This document shows, in pieces, positions 26,717-28,378 of a stretch of DNA of 28,378 nt (position 1 is its first letter; every line of letters starts with the position of its first letter). The stretch spans positions 1 through 28,378 of the forward strand of contig JAGCIP010000042.1 in the NCBI GenBank assembly GCA_017648525.1, read 5' to 3'. A program made the position numbers and the translations under genes. The stretch is from Clostridia bacterium (lineage in GTDB: Bacteria > Bacillota > Clostridia > Christensenellales > Borkfalkiaceae). The notes below the pieces were generated by a model, which was given only the letters and a program-made list of their open reading frames with translations, was not told the origin of the DNA and did no database searches.

Positions 26717-28045
26717 ATGGGCGAATTAAAAAAAGAAATTGAAAAAAAGGAACGCAGTTTACCTGATTGGTACAAATGGATTATTATAGGGCTTTGCTTT
26801 ATTATGGTTATGTTCTGTTTGGGTTTTTGCTCTTCTCCTTACAGTTGGTACATAAACTACGTAGTTCCTTATCTTGGCGTTGAAGAATCTCTATACACTA
26901 TCGGTAAAAGTATTCGTTTCGTCACCACCGCTGTAGTAAACCTGTTTTTTGGTTTTCTAGTCGCAAAATTTGGAACTAAAAAACTTATTTTAGCAGGATT
27001 AACAAGCCTTACCATCTCAATGCTTTGTCATGCTTTTGCAGAGAACTTAATATTGATTTATCTTGGTGGCTTTTTCTTGGGTTTAGGTCTTTCGTGGACC
27101 ACAACGACCATTGTTGGTTTTATCGTTAACCAATGGTGCAAAGAAAACAAAGGAACGATAATGGGCGCTGTTTTAGCATCAAACGGTATCGGCGCAACTA
27201 TTGCAACCGAAGTTTTACGACCTATAATTCGTTCTAGCACAATGGGCTTTAGAAAATCTTATATTATTGTCGCTATCACACTTGCGGTTATTGCTTTTTT
27301 GATGCTCGTGTTCTATAAGGACAAATCTAAAAATTATTTAAACGTTCAAAAAACTAAAAAGAAAGCCAAACGTGGACAAGGATGGACGGGTATTGAATTT
27401 AGCGAAGTTGTAAAAAAGCCTTATTTTTACGTTTCGCTAGTGTGCATCTTCCTAACGGGCATGGTTTTACAAAGCATTACAGGCGTTGCAACACCACACT
27501 TGGAAAACTCTGGTTTAAACCCCGAATTTATCGATATTACAATAGTCGTTCACTCTATAACTTTAGTTTTGTTTAAGTTCTTAACAGGTTTTATGTACGA
27601 TAAATTAGGACTTCGAATCTCTACTGGAATTTGTATGTTTACGTCAATCGTAATAATGGTTTGTTTGGCGCTAGTTACAAACTCGCCTACAGGTATGGTT
27701 TTCGCAATGATTTATAGTACTTTCTCTTCCCTTGCCCTTCCGCTTGAAACCATTATGTTGCCTATTTACGCAAACGATTTGTTCGGCGAAAAAGCATACG
27801 GAAAAACACTTGGTCTTTTCGTTTCAGTAAACACTGCTGGCTATGCGTTGGGCGCTCCCCTTGCTAGTTTGTGTAAAGACTTAACAGGAAGTTACAATTT
27901 CTCTTTATATCTCGGTGCGGGTATTATGATTGCTATAATTATAGGCGTTCAATTCGTAATAAATAGTTCGCATAAGATAAGAAAACAAGTGGAGTTAGAA
28001 GAGATGAAAAAGTTAGCAGAAAACAAAGAAACTTCCATTGCGTAA
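26717..28045 (+). CDS. Major facilitator superfamily transporter, substrate unknown
   Basis: 442 aa, about 12 hydrophobic segments, MFS loop motifs GFLVAKFGTKK and GFMYDKLGLR, RBS AGGAG. Confidence 0.88.
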   Translation: MGELKKEIEKKERSLPDWYKWIIIGLCFIMVMFCLGFCSSPYSWYINYVVPYLGVEESLYTIGKSIRFVTTAVVNLFFGFLVAKFGTKKLILAGLTSLTISMLCHAFAENLILIYLGGFFLGLGLSWTTTTIVGFIVNQWCKENKGTIMGAVLASNGIGATIATEVLRPIIRSSTMGFRKSYIIVAITLAVIAFLMLVFYKDKSKNYLNVQKTKKKAKRGQGWTGIEFSEVVKKPYFYVSLVCIFLTGMVLQSITGVATPHLENSGLNPEFIDITIVVHSITLVLFKFLTGFMYDKLGLRISTGICMFTSIVIMVCLALVTNSPTGMVFAMIYSTFSSLALPLETIMLPIYANDLFGEKAYGKTLGLFVSVNTAGYALGAPLASLCKDLTGSYNFSLYLGAGIMIAIIIGVQFVINSSHKIRKQVELEEMKKLAENKETSIA

Positions 28046-28061
28046 AAACAAAAAATAAATT

Positions 28062-28088
28062 AGCCGTGTCATTGACACGGCTTTTTTT
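28062..28088 (+). terminator. Intrinsic terminator after the MFS gene
   Basis: AGCCGTGTC-ATT-GACACGGCT followed by TTTTTT. Confidence 0.85.
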
Positions 28089-28098
28089 AATTAAAGTA

Positions 28099-28127
28099 TT
28101 GCATTTTTATCTAATATAAAGTACAAT
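28099..28127 (+). promoter_or_regulatory. Sigma-A promoter for the nucleoside hydrolase gene
   Basis: TTGCAT, 17 nt spacer, TACAAT. Confidence 0.6.
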
Positions 28128-28159
28128 ATAATATAAGAACAAAATTAAAGGAGATTCTC

Positions 28160-28378
28160 GTGGCTGAAAAGAAATTAAAACTTATATTAGATACCGACCC
28201 CGGCGTAGACGATACCGTATGCCTTATTTATGCACTTTTTGACAAAAAGGCAAAAGTTGAACTTATCACCACCGTTTCAGGCAACGTCAATATTGATAAG
28301 GCTACGAGAAATATTCTCCATTTAATCGACCTATTAGGCGTTGACGTACCTGTTGCAAAAGGCGCTAAAAAACCTTTA
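28160..28378 (+). CDS. Inosine-uridine-preferring nucleoside hydrolase family protein, N-terminal 73 aa; runs off the window edge and is absent from the ORF track
   Basis: GTG start behind AAGGAG gives MAEKKLKLILDTDPGVDD...ITTVSGNV...DVPVAKGA. DxDPGxDD is the family Ca-binding motif. Confidence 0.92.
   Translation, partial: MAEKKLKLILDTDPGVDDTVCLIYALFDKKAKVELITTVSGNVNIDKATRNILHLIDLLGVDVPVAKGAKKPL

Overview
Housekeeping window from a low-GC anaerobic Firmicute (Clostridia-like; taxonomy inferred from gene types). No transposase, integrase, prophage or CRISPR array is visible. Positions 1-11400 hold a minus-strand purine/one-carbon operon: purE, purF, purM, purN, PurO-like IMP cyclohydrolase, short purH, purD, fused purL and a partial fhs. 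It is led by a sigma-A promoter and a ZMP/ZTP (pfl) riboswitch. Next come trkH/trkA, a PlsC-like acyltransferase, putP, tRNA-Pro(CGG), a malic enzyme, and a comEC-holA-cdaA-small ORF-DUF1015-aspartokinase run. The plus strand ends with a probable 6S RNA, tRNA-Glu(CTC), an MFS transporter and a partial nucleoside hydrolase. Four things stand out. (1) A 137-bp duplication of the tRNA-Pro 3' half plus terminator, where a 105-bp structured insert rebuilds a 107-nt tRNA-like RNA. (2) A PurF lacking key glutamine-site residues. (3) A 47-aa membrane peptide at the position CdaR normally occupies. (4) An unannotated rod-like ncRNA that is probably 6S.
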